Both the position numbers and the translations under genes were made by a program. A DNA stretch of 61,380 bases, filler included, from Dirinaria sp. TL-2023a (lineage: Eukaryota): the NCBI GenBank assembly GCA_051941275.1. It is 6 parts of 6 records of this genome, joined end to end, with 100 filler letters (N's around TTAATTAATTAA, not from the genome) between each part and the next. Parts side by side here need not be neighbours in the genome. Positions count along the whole stretch, not along the records: positions 30,807 to 40,961 come from JAVEBF010000973.1; positions 41,062 to 51,179 come from JAVEBF010000974.1; 4 more parts are not named here. One strand, 5' to 3'. The notes below the pieces were generated by a model. The model searched no databases. It was not told the origin of the DNA and saw nothing but the letters and a program-made list of their open reading frames with translations. Shown here piece by piece: positions 33,991 through 47,168 of the stretch; positions within the stretch are counted from its first letter, which is position 1; each line of letters opens with the position of its first letter.

Positions 33991-36625
33991 CGCTGGCGGG
34001 CTGTGAAGCACCTTGGAGATATTTGTTTCCTTCCACCACAGAACCCCTAGAATATGCTGAGATCTTCGAGGAACACGTGCGTACCTTTTATGATCCCACT
34101 CATTTCTGGATTTTGTGATGTTGAATTTGGGAAATGAGTCTTTATTAGAAACTGGATATGGTACATCCGATATGTACATATCCGAAAAGGCGACGCGTGG
34201 CGAGCCGACAACGTTGCAGGCGCAGAACTGACGCTCCAACGAAATTGTTCACCTACAAGATCGACAAGACCCTAAATCCTTGGAAAACCCATTGCCCTCT
34301 CACATTCTTAGGCCAGCGGATGTTTCGAGTACCAGTGACGGCGTGATGCGACTACGCACGTGGAACACTTGAAGGGGGCCTTGTCGAGAACAATTTAGTG
34401 GGCCACGGTCATGCTTGAATGAATTCGGCCGTTATACAACCATCGGTTTGGATAAGTACGGTTCCGACAGGTGACTGAAAGAAGGCTAGAGATTTTCACA
34501 AGCCTGCGCAATCTCCGCCGTCAAGTAAGTCGCAGTCGGATCGCATTTCAATCCGAGTAACAGCCTGCAACACTATCCGTAGTAGGATTCAGGAGGGTGG
34601 CAATCAAGCTATCCTTTGCATTACTGTGTGCGTTTATAGAGTGGACTCCCGTCTTGTGATGCTGGGTTTGGGAGCCTACAATGGTCTGGCTAGTTGGATG
34701 TAAAGAAGGTTCGTCGCCGCAAGATTGGGACCTGGCGGCGGTGATTGGCCAACCTCCATCAACTCAAAGTATCTGTGTGTAGAATTCGTGTCAGGTGCTT
34801 GAATCAATTGGCTCGCTCCTACTTCCTTTCCGTTTGAGCCTTCTGAAAGAAACCTTTTTAACCTAGATATTTTATGATCATTGAGTCCGGCTTCCAAGGC
34901 GCTAGAAGCATGGTTTGACAATACATCGTTCAGACGCACAGCACTGACACTAGTGCTGATGACGACACAGTAGTCTTAGTGGTATCTGGAAAATCAAGGC
35001 GCTGCTCCAAAAAGGGATTCTTTGTCGACTGTCAATCTCGAGAGGAGAGAGAGAGAGCAAATTTTCAATCCCGACTCACATCTCAGTCTCATGCCGACTG
35101 ACTGGGACTAGATAATTGAAGTAACATGGCCAATGTCTTTGAGAAAACTCTCAATCATGCGCCACACCCACGAAACATGCAGACATATAGATTGACAGTA
35201 GAAGTCTAACAGTAGGCGATCGAAATAGAGCTTGGCTTTGTGGCTTTGCGTATCTGACTCCCTCGATCTTACTTGTCAGCATTTTAGGCCACACGTGCAC
35301 ACAACACAAAGGAATATAGACCGTTGTATGTCGGGCTTCTTGCGAGTTGTCCTTCACACCTTTTAACCTCGACTTCGGCTCAACTACTGGAGCGATCCCC
35401 TTCAAGAAATTACAGACAGTAGTCTGCACATAACCTATCTCGTTGTGCGCATTGCGGACTGAATCGTCCATGAGCAACACCGTAGCGGAACGTGTCTAGG
35501 CCACCATGTGTGGCTTCTTCAGCTGAAGTACAGTAGTCGACTTGGCAGAGCCAGTTGTAGGATCAAGAAGGGTATCTGTACATGAGAGGGTGTAGCACGG
35601 CTCGATGTGTCTCGAGTGCTAAGAGTGAGTCTGAGCCGCAAAGTATGGATAGTTTAGGTACATGTAGTCAGGGAATAGGGTTTGCAGTCATGCTACCTAA
35701 AGTAAGCTGCTGTTCGTATCTTTTGGGCTTGGCCTTGGGGCTCAAAAAGGTGATGGCAGGGACCCCGCCCAGTACAACTTCGTGGCAGTGTGCTCTGGAG
35801 AGCATTACAATCAGGCTACACGTGTCAAGCATTAACGCTTTGGGATCTTTGTTCACGCCACAAAATGATCGTTACAGGTGTTTTCGGCATTGTGATGGTC
35901 GAGATCAACCAAAGAAACACAAAAAGAAAAGAATATACAAACCATATTGCTAGCCCGAAAACTCGTTCAACGGTTCAATCTTCACCAAGCCTAGAGGGGA
36001 TCAAGGTACAATGTTTGTGATCCCATCCTTGTCACAACAGCTTGATCGACCGGGAGTGATCCGCACTCAGGGTTGAAGGGCAAACTAGGGACGGCTGTCA
36101 CATCCCATTTCTGCGTGGTAGAACATTGGGAAAGACGAGAATAGCAGCAAAGGTTCGGTTCGCATCCTGGTGACGGTCCGTAATGCGGAGTGAGAGTGTG
36201 TTGGCATAAATTGAGCCAATCAAAGAGGTGTGGTCATGCAAAAGAGATCGTGGATTAAAGTAGAAAGACCTCAAAGACATGATCACTGTAGGTTCCTTTC
36301 AGAGGACTTCCTAGAGTACGTATGCGAGACCGACGGATTCGTGACGTGGCAGGCCGCACGGATGAAGATGCTGGAGGAACGGGTGCATGATGCTTGCTGA
36401 CAGCTGCAAGCTAGAGTACAAAGTACCACTTTTTGGATCTGCAGTCGATGAGTAGTGTGGGATTTTCTCCCACGCATAAACCAAAAGGAAAGATGGGAGC
36501 ATGTAGTAGTTAGTAGTGCATGTATACAGTACCTTACAATTGCTATTGCGCGAATTGAAGTATGAAAATAGGAAAATAAGATTAGGGCAGTAAGAGGGTA
36601 ATTAAGCGGATGATGAGGTAAGACA

Positions 36626-36794
36626 GCCAAGACCTCGATTCCGGCCAGTGACCAGCCAACGCTTCTGAAACAGCAGCCGCTGACGGGGTGGACTCGGCCA
36701 AGTCTCAGAAAGATTGGCGGGGATACACTCGATTGGCAGGCTTGGCAGGCTTGGCGGGCTCGGCAGGAATTAAGGTTGCTGGGATCTAGCCAGG
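36626..36794. promoter_or_regulatory. Cluster of five GCCARG (PacC/Rim101-type) sites
   Basis: GCCAAG at 36626 and 36697, CTTGGC at 36741 and 36750, GCCAGG at 36789, in the divergent intergenic region of two secreted-protein genes. Confidence 0.45.
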
Positions 36795-37838
36795 GGAAAA
36801 AGCCAATCGTCGCCGAAGGAATCGAAGGAGGCACCAGAGAAACGTCGGCCGATGTCCCAGGGGTACGCGGGGACACAGGAGGGCGCATGACGAAGCACTT
36901 CAACTTCGGCCACCGGCCGCTTTCACCTCCTGCTTTACATTACAGTACTGTACTACCTGGGACCTAAGGTACCTAGCACCTCCTACCTGAGGTACCTTAT
37001 GTAGTACCTACCTTGCTGCTGCTGACCACCGCGGCAACAACAGCAGCGACTCATGCTATCTGTCTCCTCCACGAGTCATCGGTAATCCGAGTTGACGACT
37101 TTGACGACTTGATGGTAATGCGTGACAAGCAGCAGAATGCCGACTTTTGGTTCAGCAAGGCGGAAATTGGGTGTAAAGTATCATCTCGATCAGCCAGCCC
37201 ATGGAATCCCTTCGGAGAGATGTACGTAAGCGAAAGCATGAGCTCCTTCTGTACCTTACGATGCAGCTCGGCTTCGATGACCAGTGGACTGGAGCAGTGG
37301 ACTGGGAGTCCGGTTTCGAGTGCATTCCAGAGGTAAGGAATGATGGCGGCGGGTCAACCACCGCCCTCCTTCTGTATAAGTCTACTGTGACCCGAGAGAA
37401 TGTTAAAGGCCTGGGCCTCTTGAGGTATCTTGTTCAAGTACCTACTTACCTTACCTTATCCTTGAAAAGTCCCGAAATACTAGTGCTGTACCCCGCCTGG
37501 TTCTTTGTTCCTGTGCAGCGATCATCATTATTAATATTGATGCCCGGTGTTGTTCCTTTGTTCTTGGGACACCGAGTGGAACCTCGAGCCCTCACACTAA
37601 ACTCGAAACGAAATACGACGACAGTGCACCCCTGTTTTAGCGGGGGTGTTGTTTGACGCGGGCTGTCCCTTTAATCTGGAAAAGGGCTTCCCGCACCCAC
37701 ATACACCAGTGGCCCTACTACCTTACCCTACTTTTCTTTCAGGGGTGACGGGACTGACGGTGGAGCTTGACGCGCCAATACTCGTACCCACCCAATTTCA
37801 ACACTTTGGTATCACACTCGCTTAACATTCATCATTTG

Positions 37839-37885
37839 CCTTCTTCTTCTTCTTCTTCTTCTTCCTCTTCCTCTTCCTCTTCCTC
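37839..37885. repeat. (TCT)n/(TCCTCT)n microsatellite in the pyrimidine-rich leader of the CAP gene
   Basis: Read directly: cttcttcttcttcttcttcttcttcctcttcctcttcctcttcctc. Confidence 0.85.
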
Positions 37886-38263
37886 TTTTCCTCCTTTTCT
37901 TCCTTTTCTTCTACACCGACTCCTCACCTACAACCTACACACTCACCCACATTCTTTTCTACCCAAGAACATAATCTTCTGTTCATCCACTGCCTATCCG
38001 GCGACAATTCACTCATTCAACAGTGTGTACAAACCTTCCATTCTTTCTTTCACCAACCCACTCGATTCGCCAGTCGAACCGCTTTCAAGCCCAATTGGTT
38101 TCAGTCCGGTCCACCAGTCAATCCCATTTAACCGCCTCGACTCGAAACAATCGACAACACGACATTCATCTCCCTCCAATTCAGACCTCGGTGATCTGTG
38201 ATCCCCCCCTCAAGACTCCCATCAGCAAACGTATCCCAGTCTTCCTCAACTCCAGTCATCACC

Positions 38264-39425
38264 ATGCGTACCGCAGCAGTGGCTTTCCTCTTCGCCGCCG
38301 GCGTGTTGGCAACTCCGGTCCTCGATCGTCGCGTCGTGGTCACCGACGAAGTCGTCGTGACTGTTATTGACTATGTGACCGCCGGTGCGAAGCCTTCAGC
38401 CCCTGCCGTGCCCAAGGTCTCTGGCTACCACAATCCTCATGGTCATTACCACCCTTACAAGGCCCAGTCTCCTCCTGAGGCTGCCCCGGCCCCGGCCGCC
38501 AGCCCGAAGCCCTACGTTGCTCCGGCTGCTCCAGCTGCTCCGGCCCCAAAGCCGGAGGCTCCAAAGGCTGCCCCTCCGGCACCCAAGAAATCATCGACCG
38601 CCGTGGCTGCTGTTCAGCCGACCAAGCCAGCACCATCTCCTCAGACCACCGCTGCTCCCAAGGAGGCTGCAGCTCCCGCGACTGGTAGCTCCAACCTTCC
38701 TACTACCTACGTTCCTAACCTGGACTCTTCGAGCGACATCTACTCCGGGCTGGCCGTGGAACACCACAATGTTCATCGTAAGAATGCGAGTGTTCCCAAT
38801 CTAACTTGGAACAACACTTTGGCCGGCTATGCCAAGCAAACCGCTCAGACCTGCGTTTGGGGCCACAGCTTGTAAGTCATCGCGCCATTCTCTATCCTTA
38901 TCAAACATTAACATCAGTTAGGGCTCCCGGTGGAGGAGGATATGGCCAGAACATCGCCGCCGGCGTCCCGGCTGGTAACATCTCCGCCATCGTTTCCAAT
39001 ATGTGGTACAACGGCGAGGAGCCACTGTACCCAACCCCGTATGGCAACAACCACCCTGATATGACCAACTTCGAGAAGTGGGGTCACTACTCACAGCTGG
39101 TCTGGGCCAAATCCGAATCAGTTGGATGCTACACCCAAACTTGCTCTCCTCCTGGCCAGGACCCCCTGAAATGCAAGCCTGACGGAACCTCGTACCTTAG
39201 CAATAGCAAATGTGGCAACGGTATCAACTCGCCAGTCGGCATTCCCGCCATTTTCACCGTTTGCAATTACTACCCACCTGGTAAGTCACCGAAGCTTCAA
39301 TGGTACGGCTCTGTTCAGTACTGACAACGTCACAAGGCAACTATGCCGGCGAGTACGCCCAAGTCAAGCAGCCCGGCTCCATGGCTACAGTGGAGATGTG
39401 CGAGGACGGCGTGAAAGGCCTGTAA
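38264..39425 (+). CDS. Secreted CAP/SCP (PRY/PR-1-like) protein, 3 exons
   Basis: Signal peptide, Pro/Ala/Lys-rich linker, HHNVHRKNASVPNLTWNNTLA, CVWGHS, YGQNIAAG, MWYNGEE, GHYSQLVW, VGC and FTVCNYYPP|GNYAGEY. Introns about 38872-38920 and 39281-39336. Confidence 0.94.
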
Positions 39426-40961
39426 ATCCTTCTCTTCCATCATCACGACTATGCAGCATAGTTTAGCATGGGGCGCAGGCTGGCTTACGCAAAACGACGG
39501 AGTGAGGCTCAGGGAGTCTTTGCATGATCACCGGACCACCACCAATCGTCTTGTTGTCTTGTCGAGGGAGCTTTGTCTGGCACACTGTGCTTTCGACTGT
39601 CACAGCACAATTGGGCGGGGTTCACGGTGGATTCGCATGTTGGGGGATCGTCTCCAAAATCGAGACATTCTTTTAAAAAAAAAAACCTACTTTTCTGCAT
39701 CTTGCACTGAGAGGGCTTTCTTTTGTTGCCAGCACTACTTTTGTTGCATCTGCTATTGGCTCATAATATTACACTTATGAACCTAGTAGTGGATCTGAAA
39801 AGTGGAAGAGGTAGCAAACTAGATCTCTCTCTCGCCGCAAGCTCTGCGCATAAAACTTTCGATTCTCTGTGGATACAGCTTTGTTAGACGACCTCTTTTG
39901 AGCTTTTTACTGGCAGAAACCATTCGCTTCTTCACCCCCCTAGCATGCGGTATCCATCCAGATAGAAAAGCTTTGCAATTTGCTATTTATCCATAATCTG
40001 TGCACATGATTGATTCAAGTGAACAAATAATCTCCGCCTCGAAACAGTGTTTGTCTTACAGTACTTTAATCATCGCAATTCCCTCCCATCAATTCCCATA
40101 CACACTCCCCGTAATCCTGACCCTGCAGACCCAACCAATCAAATCAATCATCCCCTTCATCTCCCCAAACTCCCAATCCAAAACACCAAAATCCCCGCCT
40201 TCAAGAAACAACCCTTTAATTTCGCATCTCGAGATCTTTCATTTCCTCACATTTTATCATTAAATCTATACTTGATTGATCGCTGATGAAAGGGTCCTTA
40301 AATGTACGCAATTATTTTTTTCTTATAGACATATGAGTACAATTACGGGTGTAGAGTTTTCCTATCCTGGCGCGTCACGTGATATATCAATGTCGCATTC
40401 AGGAGCAAGAAGGCGTCAGTTAGGCACCTATTAGAGTGTCGGCGATTCCTTCTTGACGAGATACTCATCTAGTATCCCCCCCCCCACTCACCTCCAAAAA
40501 AAAGAAGACTATCAATTTCCCATCAATTCAGGTATTACGACGATTGTAGAACATGATTCCGTTCATCTCTATCTTTTGAATTGAACTGCGTCTAGGATTG
40601 CTTTTTTCTTCTTCTCTCTTGACTTATTCGTTTCTGCTGATAGGGTTTGGTATTATGGGATTTCGAGATGGGCTTACTTTTTTTTTTTTTTTTTGTGATT
40701 TTGGAGGTTGTAATTCCGTCTTAATTGCCACCGAATATTTATTCCTTCGCACCTCCACCGTAATCCCGCTCCTTAACCCGATTATATTTTCCGTTCCGTC
40801 AAGTGACGAGAGGGATGAAGAATAGAAGAAAGAGAAAGAAGCGAAGAGTGCATATAACTATTAACATGTATGTAGGTCTGATCCCCGAAGAAACGAATTG
40901 TGATGCAGTAGGTAATGGTTGTAGAGCTTGGAGGGTTTCTTTTTTTTTTTTTTTTTTTTTT

Positions 40962-41061
40962 NNNNNNNNNNNNNNNNNNNNNNNNNNNNNNNNNNNNNNN
41001 NNNNNTTAATTAATTAANNNNNNNNNNNNNNNNNNNNNNNNNNNNNNNNNNNNNNNNNNNN
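40962..41061. other. Artificial contig linker
   Basis: 44N-TTAATTAATTAA-44N. Confidence 0.99.
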
Positions 41062-41696
41062 CCATTACCCATCATTTCCTTAACACGTACTCGTACCACG
41101 AGGCTTAATAGCAGGCATACAGTCTGGATGCTCCCGTCATTCTAACTGATTCCCCATGTATTACCCCCTAACAACAACAACAAGAAAAAAATCCCAAAAA
41201 TAAAAAGAGCATGCCCAAACCCCCCATTCAAATTCCTCTCCCCTTTTCCAATCAGATCAGGGTCTGGCCTGGCCTGGCCTTAGCTCTACTTATATACCTT
41301 ATATATATATGTACTACTCTTGAGAATGAAATTAATAAGGTAGGTAAGACGCGCCATCCCTTCTTTCTACCTATCTTACACTCAATAGTTCTCGTATCCT
41401 AGCTGCGCGGTTTGAAAACCCATGCATGCCCTCTACTTCCCTGCTCTGGGTTTTGATATCCGTGGTCTGGTCTGGTCTGGTTCCAGCTCCGGTGCATGAT
41501 ATGAAAATAATTAATGGATTTGATTTGGGGTTGGTAGTAGTACAGTAAGGTAAGTAGTATATTCTACCGTCCCCGGGGGGGGGAGGAAACCAGGGAGGAA
41601 AATAAATAAATTTGGTGGTTATGACTAGTTAAAAAAAAAAGGAGAAAAAAAAAATTCCTCATGTACATATACACATTACTTTTATTGGCTAGCTGG

Positions 41697-43845
41697 CTAG
41701 CTCCTCCACAGCAGCCAGAAATACCACGGAACCGCAACCGCGGCTATCGTGGCCAAATCTCTCATTGCTTGTTCAAGCCCCGTGACAAATACACCCCGTG
41801 TGGGCACGGCACTACCTTTTCCCCCCGTATATGTTTTCCGTTCCTCATCCTCCTCGTCTACTACGCTGGAGGCGAGGAGCCTCTGCTGCAGACTCGCCGC
41901 CCGCGAACGGCCTGCTGGGAGCGCATACCCGTTGAACGCCGGGCTGGAGCTCCGGGCACGATTCGCTGCTGCTGCTGCTGCTGCTGCTGCTGAGGAGGAG
42001 GAGGAGGCAGCCGATCGAGATGCGAGGCCGCGGTGGGAGGATTTGTCGACCGAGGAGGCTTTTTCCGGGTGGAACTGGCGATGGCTAGGACCTTCGTCGG
42101 TATCGTTGGCTGCGGCTTCGAATTTCGAGATGGGGAGGAGATTGCCGTTGAGGGCTTTGGAAGGTTTAAGTGTTGCGGCTATGAAGGCGCGGATTGTTAT
42201 AACGCCGAGGGTGAGGGAGAGTAAGTAGCCGTAGCGGATGAAGATCCCGAGCTGGTCTGGGAGGAGGCATAGATGGGTTTGCATTGTTGCCGAGGTTTCG
42301 GCAGTGGACGAGGATTGGGGATGGACGTGGTTGTGTTTCAGGGAATTGCCATCTGCGTTGAGCGGGTTCCAGAGACTTAGCATCACGAAACCCGGTTTCC
42401 GGACCCCCATTGCCCAGGACATGGATTTGACGGTGATTTCTCGGATGCCTCCGCTTTTTGCCGTATACCCTCGGTGCACGATCTCGCAGTAATCGTGGTC
42501 ATCGCCGGAAAATACATGCTCTACGTCGCCAACGTTGTCGATTACTTGTTTTGATACTTCCGGGGTTAACACGTTTTGATATTGGACGCCCGATTCCACG
42601 CGGATGGCGTTCCTGTCGTCCTTTTCGCTGGTAACGTCCAAAGGCGGGTAGCGTTCTCGAAGAGGTCCGCAAGGAGTCCCGGAAGCGCGGAATAATGGTA
42701 TGTGTGTTAGGACGATGGATGGAATATCGAATATCTCTGGACCCGGCCTCATGGTTTCCGCAGGAGGCGACGGCGGGATGTCCATTACCTCATGTACATG
42801 AAGTTCATGTTCGGGCTTCCCAGCCTGCAATCGCAACTGTTGCTGGATGAGTCGTCGTTTTGTGGATTTCACATCCAATAGAAAGTCTTCTGTGGGCCTC
42901 CAGATCTCTTCGGCGCTGTGGGGTATCAAAGCTTTCTCTGCTCCAACGTTGGGTTGTCCCTTTGCGCTGAGTGACACTGTATCCAAAGACACGAAGGTAT
43001 GATTACCAATAAAGTCAACTCTGTTCCCGCTTCCGAAATAGGTGTTGAATCGCTGCCTGACGGGAGGTCTTATACCAATACCAAGGCCAAGGTCATGGTT
43101 CCCTGGAAGACTGGTAATGATTTTCCGATCGCGTCTACCATCGCTTGCGCCGCGGAGCCACGTACTAAAGAATATTCGGCTAAACCTGTAATACTCCTTT
43201 AACCAAAAAGCGTCCCCGTATTTCCTCCATCGCTTCTCAACGCTTTCCGTCTCTTCGCTCGCACCAGGATGCGTTGTCCACTCCCGACCTCCGTCAAACA
43301 GGTCCCCCAAAAAAAGAACAGTATCAGGGTCCAACGTCTGCTGAAGCTGCTCAAATGATTTTCGTAGGTAAAGATCGGTGTAGCGGACGGTCAACGTCGA
43401 GAGGGGCCACGGACGGCCAGGATATGTGTGCGGATCTACGAGTTGAGGATCGGCCAGTAAAACTACACGATGGGGTGCTGCGCTTTGTGGCTAGGGTAGA
43501 ATCAGCTCTACTCTTGTAATGACGGTGGATGTGTATAAAAAGGGCGATTACCCAATGCTCCCAGCGGTCCCAGGAACAAGCTTTCACCTTACGGTGAAAC
43601 ACCGCTCGTTCTCCCCACCACAAAGCGAGAACCCACAGTAGAATGAAAAGAGCCGAGATAGGTCGGAAACCTGACCAGACATCCTTACTGAAAGAGCGAC
43701 TATGGTACGGATGCTCCTTGATGGGTTGAGCAGGCGAGCCAGCTCTGCCAAAGAGAATAGTGCGGAGTCGTATCAATAGAGGACTGCCTTTATCAGAATT
43801 TTTGTCAAATGTGGGTGGAACATGGTTGTAGTACACCGTCATCAT
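41697..43845 (-). CDS. CDC1: Cdc1/PGAP5-like calcineurin-like metallophosphoesterase, 2 exons
   Basis: N-terminal TM (LWVLALWWGERAVF), intron 43551-43491, ADPQLVDPH, YTDLYL, FLGDLFDGGREW, LPGNHDLG, LTHIPL, CGPLRE, QYQNVL, FSGDDHDYC and EITVKSMSWAMG. Contains a poly-Ala (GCA)n tract. Confidence 0.92.
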
Positions 43846-45557
43846 ACGGGGATAGGGGGCGAGACTCGAATCATTGTTTGCACTAGCTGCGTGAGCAGCG
43901 TGTGCAGCGTGTGCACTCGTTTGAAGTAGTGTTATGTGGAGCTTGCGACGTGATTTTGTGCAACGGCTCTATTAAGGAAATTTGAAGGATGCTAATAATG
44001 GATGAGCTTGAGGTCTGTTTCTTCATGCACTCCAACATATGATCGTAATTGACAATTTTGGCTGCTCCAAAGCGAGCCGAGGTTTGAGCCTTTAGCGTGT
44101 GCATATCCCTTGGAGATACTTGGCATTGAACTCGCTGCCACGCCCAGCAAGTGTTGCCGAAGACATGCTTGATCCTTCAAGCTTCATGAAAATGTGCGCA
44201 CTGAATATGGTATTCTCATCACCCTACTCTGCTATCCACTCCCATCAGCCCCTCAAGACGGACCAGCTCCTCGCATGAGCCCTTATAGAAGATACCCTAC
44301 TGAGACATGGTAACGGCTCTAGAATAAGCGTTCGTCTTGTAGAAAGGGTCACGAGCATCGTTATGAATGAGCAAGTTACTGTACAGCCTTTGAAGCACTC
44401 ACTGAGAGTATGAGGGAAAGCAAAGAAATACAATCATGTACAGAAAAACGGGAAGTAATTAGACGTATTGTTTAAGATGAAAAAAAGTGGGTCACGAATC
44501 TCTCTTTAGATAGCAGACTCTATTGCTCATACTCAGGCTTTTCCAAAGCCTCATTTCCCAATACGAAAAAGGAAGAAAGGGCAAAAGAAAATAACAGTAT
44601 CTCAAAAGTATTGGACGTTTTATCGTAGTTAGAATTACTTGGTAAAGGGTTTATTCGCCATGGGTTGCATTTCGATTGTTTTCTATATAGTGGTAAATAA
44701 AGCCCTATTTCCCACTAACAAATCCTCGATAGCTTAGCGGTAAAGGGTTAACATACAACAGACTCCTATCAAAGGATGGAGTGCTGAGAGATGGACCGTT
44801 CGAACCACGCCAATGTCCCTACATTTCAGCAAACTTCTGACGGCTGTGATGGCCAGAGGAGGGTTTCTATAGTCGGAGAAATCGAGAGTTGAAGGGTTGC
44901 TCTCGAGGACCTGATGAATCTTTTTGCTTTTTGGACCTTTGAACAATTTCATCTACTGCCTTCTACGTACATGTATGTTGCGAATTTAGCTGTCAGGCGC
45001 GTGCTTCTCGGCCTATCTTTTCTAACATCTTTAACCTCTAACGAATTGCCTATTTAGCAGTAGCATTTTCGTGATGAATCAAACCATTGTCACTTGCTCA
45101 AACGATCTTTGCTTGAAACTCGTATCTTGTCAGAGCAGAGAAAATGGATACCTTATACTTGAATCCGAGTTATCAAAAGGGTTGAATGCATTACCATGTG
45201 GAAACAGGTGACGAGTGGGAAGGTGATATGGCGGCAGCAGAATCCTCAGCGTATCATGTCGTTGGAATGTTATCAACATGGACGGAACTTCTATCGATGA
45301 AGCCTGGCATATTCATGGAATGGGCTACACCAATACCTGGAACAGGGTATGAGGAGAGCAATTAAAGCTACCATTGTTCTGAAGCCGCTGTTAAGCGCAC
45401 CACAATGACCTGTTTAATGATCGAATTGTCATAGCAAAGAATCGAAATAGTCACTTAGTCAAGATTTCAGACATCACTCAGGTAGTCAAATGAATAGGTT
45501 TCTGGTGACGTTTGAGACATTCTTCAATCGGACCCAGCTTGGATTATCAAGTACTCA

Positions 45558-47168
45558 TCATCCATGCCAGATACCAGAGCGGGTTGACGGCTCTGGGGTT
45601 TTGAGCTCGCTTTCGAAGTCTTTTGTAATCTTAGCAACCTCTTGTTCTATCCATGAGTTCTCTAGCATCATTAGATCACGTTCTACTCCCCTCATAGAAT
45701 CAAGTTCTTCCAGCATTGAACCAGTGACGCTCCTCAGCATTGACATAATGATTGCAATGCTTGAGCCTTCAGTAGGGTTTCCAAGCCCCTGCAGCTCCCG
45801 TGATGCAGTTGTCAACTTCCTCTCTAACGAAGCGACTTCGGCTTTCCAGCCATCTCCGAGGTCTTCCAGAAATGCGTATTCAGTCTTAGCCTCCTCAATA
45901 GAATATCCACGAGTATGACGGATATTAGAAGCGGCGGCAAACCATGACTCGAAAACGTCTACTACACGGTGATATTTCCCCCCTGAATTTAGTAGAATAC
46001 AGATGTCGTGCAGATTCTTCGATAGGATCCGTATCCTTTCCGCGAACTCTACACTGGGAGTGCTTTGACTCCAATCTCTCAAAGCCGGATAGTTGATAAA
46101 CGCTTCTTTTTTGCGTTCGAGGTCTTGAACAATAGCTTGCTGTTCCGAGAGTTGTTGTGTCTTTCGTTTAAAAGACGCTTGTGCAATCTGCTCCCACTCC
46201 ATCTGAATGGCATTGGACGAACGGTGCAGTAGATGCAATTGAGCCAATTCCATCTGCAAAGACATGAATTCAGGTGAAATATCATCATCTGCCGCATCTT
46301 TCTGGGAGGGTTTGACTAAAAATGAAGCGGATGGAGCCTTTGTACCTTTTCTGGGGGTAAAATGCTGTTGGTAGGTTGAGAAAGTAGGCCTTTCATCATT
46401 TGATATCTTTGGCTTCCCTGTCATATCAGCTCTCGGTGGCCTTTTGATATCTGGTGGAGGCTTGCTTAGAAGCTGCTGGCTGCTTGATCTTGCACGGTGT
46501 GACAATGCAGTATTAGGGCCTGTGGCTGAAACTTTACGGGCCGTTTCGACGGTCAGCTTAGACGTGCCTTGTACAGATTGACTTGGGTTGTTTTTTCCAG
46601 ACACACCAGCTGCAGACGTTATACTAGGCACGGGAGAAATCGATACCTCATTTCGCGACGCAACGACAGTAGGCTGTGACTTGGCTCTCTGAGGTGTTGC
46701 AATTCGCGACGTGGTCGATTTCTGTCCGCTAGGTCTGTCCGGAGGCATGATGCGACGGGCTACTACCGTGGAATTATCTTCGCCAAGCCGTCTACTGGTA
46801 GAGGTTTGTCTTTTGACTTTGGCTTCTTCCTGCGTCCTTCCCACAAGCTCTCGGGTCGCCAACAGGGATTCGTCTACCTCTTGCAAGTTATTCTCGACAA
46901 TGCTTTGACGTATATCTTGCGACAGGTGGGAGTCGGCTGACCCAAGCTCATATTGTCCGGCTTGAAGGCGAGCGTTGCCGTTTCTCGTTGTGAGTGCCGA
47001 TGTACGGCGGAAGCCTACTGTCGTAGGCCTAATTGATTGCTGATCATTTGAATTTGAGCTTTTCTGGGGTAGCAGACTTCTCCGGCCCTCAGCAGCACTT
47101 GTTTTGCGCATTCTTGAAAGGCTCTCTGCTGGTAGCTCGGATACAGAATCTGGGATCGGTAGAGGCAC
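45558..47168 (-). CDS. Fungal hypothetical protein: disordered N-half and helical/coiled-coil C-half (start uncertain)
   Basis: 536-codon ORF with ordered blocks RPTFSTYQQHFTPRK, LQMELAQLHLLH, GKYHRVVDVFESW and LGDGWKAE. Confidence 0.75.
   Translation of the reverse strand: MPLPIPDSVSELPAESLSRMRKTSAAEGRRSLLPQKSSNSNDQQSIRPTTVGFRRTSALTTRNGNARLQAGQYELGSADSHLSQDIRQSIVENNLQEVDESLLATRELVGRTQEEAKVKRQTSTSRRLGEDNSTVVARRIMPPDRPSGQKSTTSRIATPQRAKSQPTVVASRNEVSISPVPSITSAAGVSGKNNPSQSVQGTSKLTVETARKVSATGPNTALSHRARSSSQQLLSKPPPDIKRPPRADMTGKPKISNDERPTFSTYQQHFTPRKGTKAPSASFLVKPSQKDAADDDISPEFMSLQMELAQLHLLHRSSNAIQMEWEQIAQASFKRKTQQLSEQQAIVQDLERKKEAFINYPALRDWSQSTPSVEFAERIRILSKNLHDICILLNSGGKYHRVVDVFESWFAAASNIRHTRGYSIEEAKTEYAFLEDLGDGWKAEVASLERKLTTASRELQGLGNPTEGSSIAIIMSMLRSVTGSMLEELDSMRGVERDLMMLENSWIEQEVAKITKDFESELKTPEPSTRSGIWHG

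Noticed and set aside
34240..38260. Many 60-200 codon ORFs in the long intergenic region (for example 36283-36903 and 37201-37656)
   Set aside because: No domain motifs, splice structure or codon bias. Consistent with regulatory DNA.
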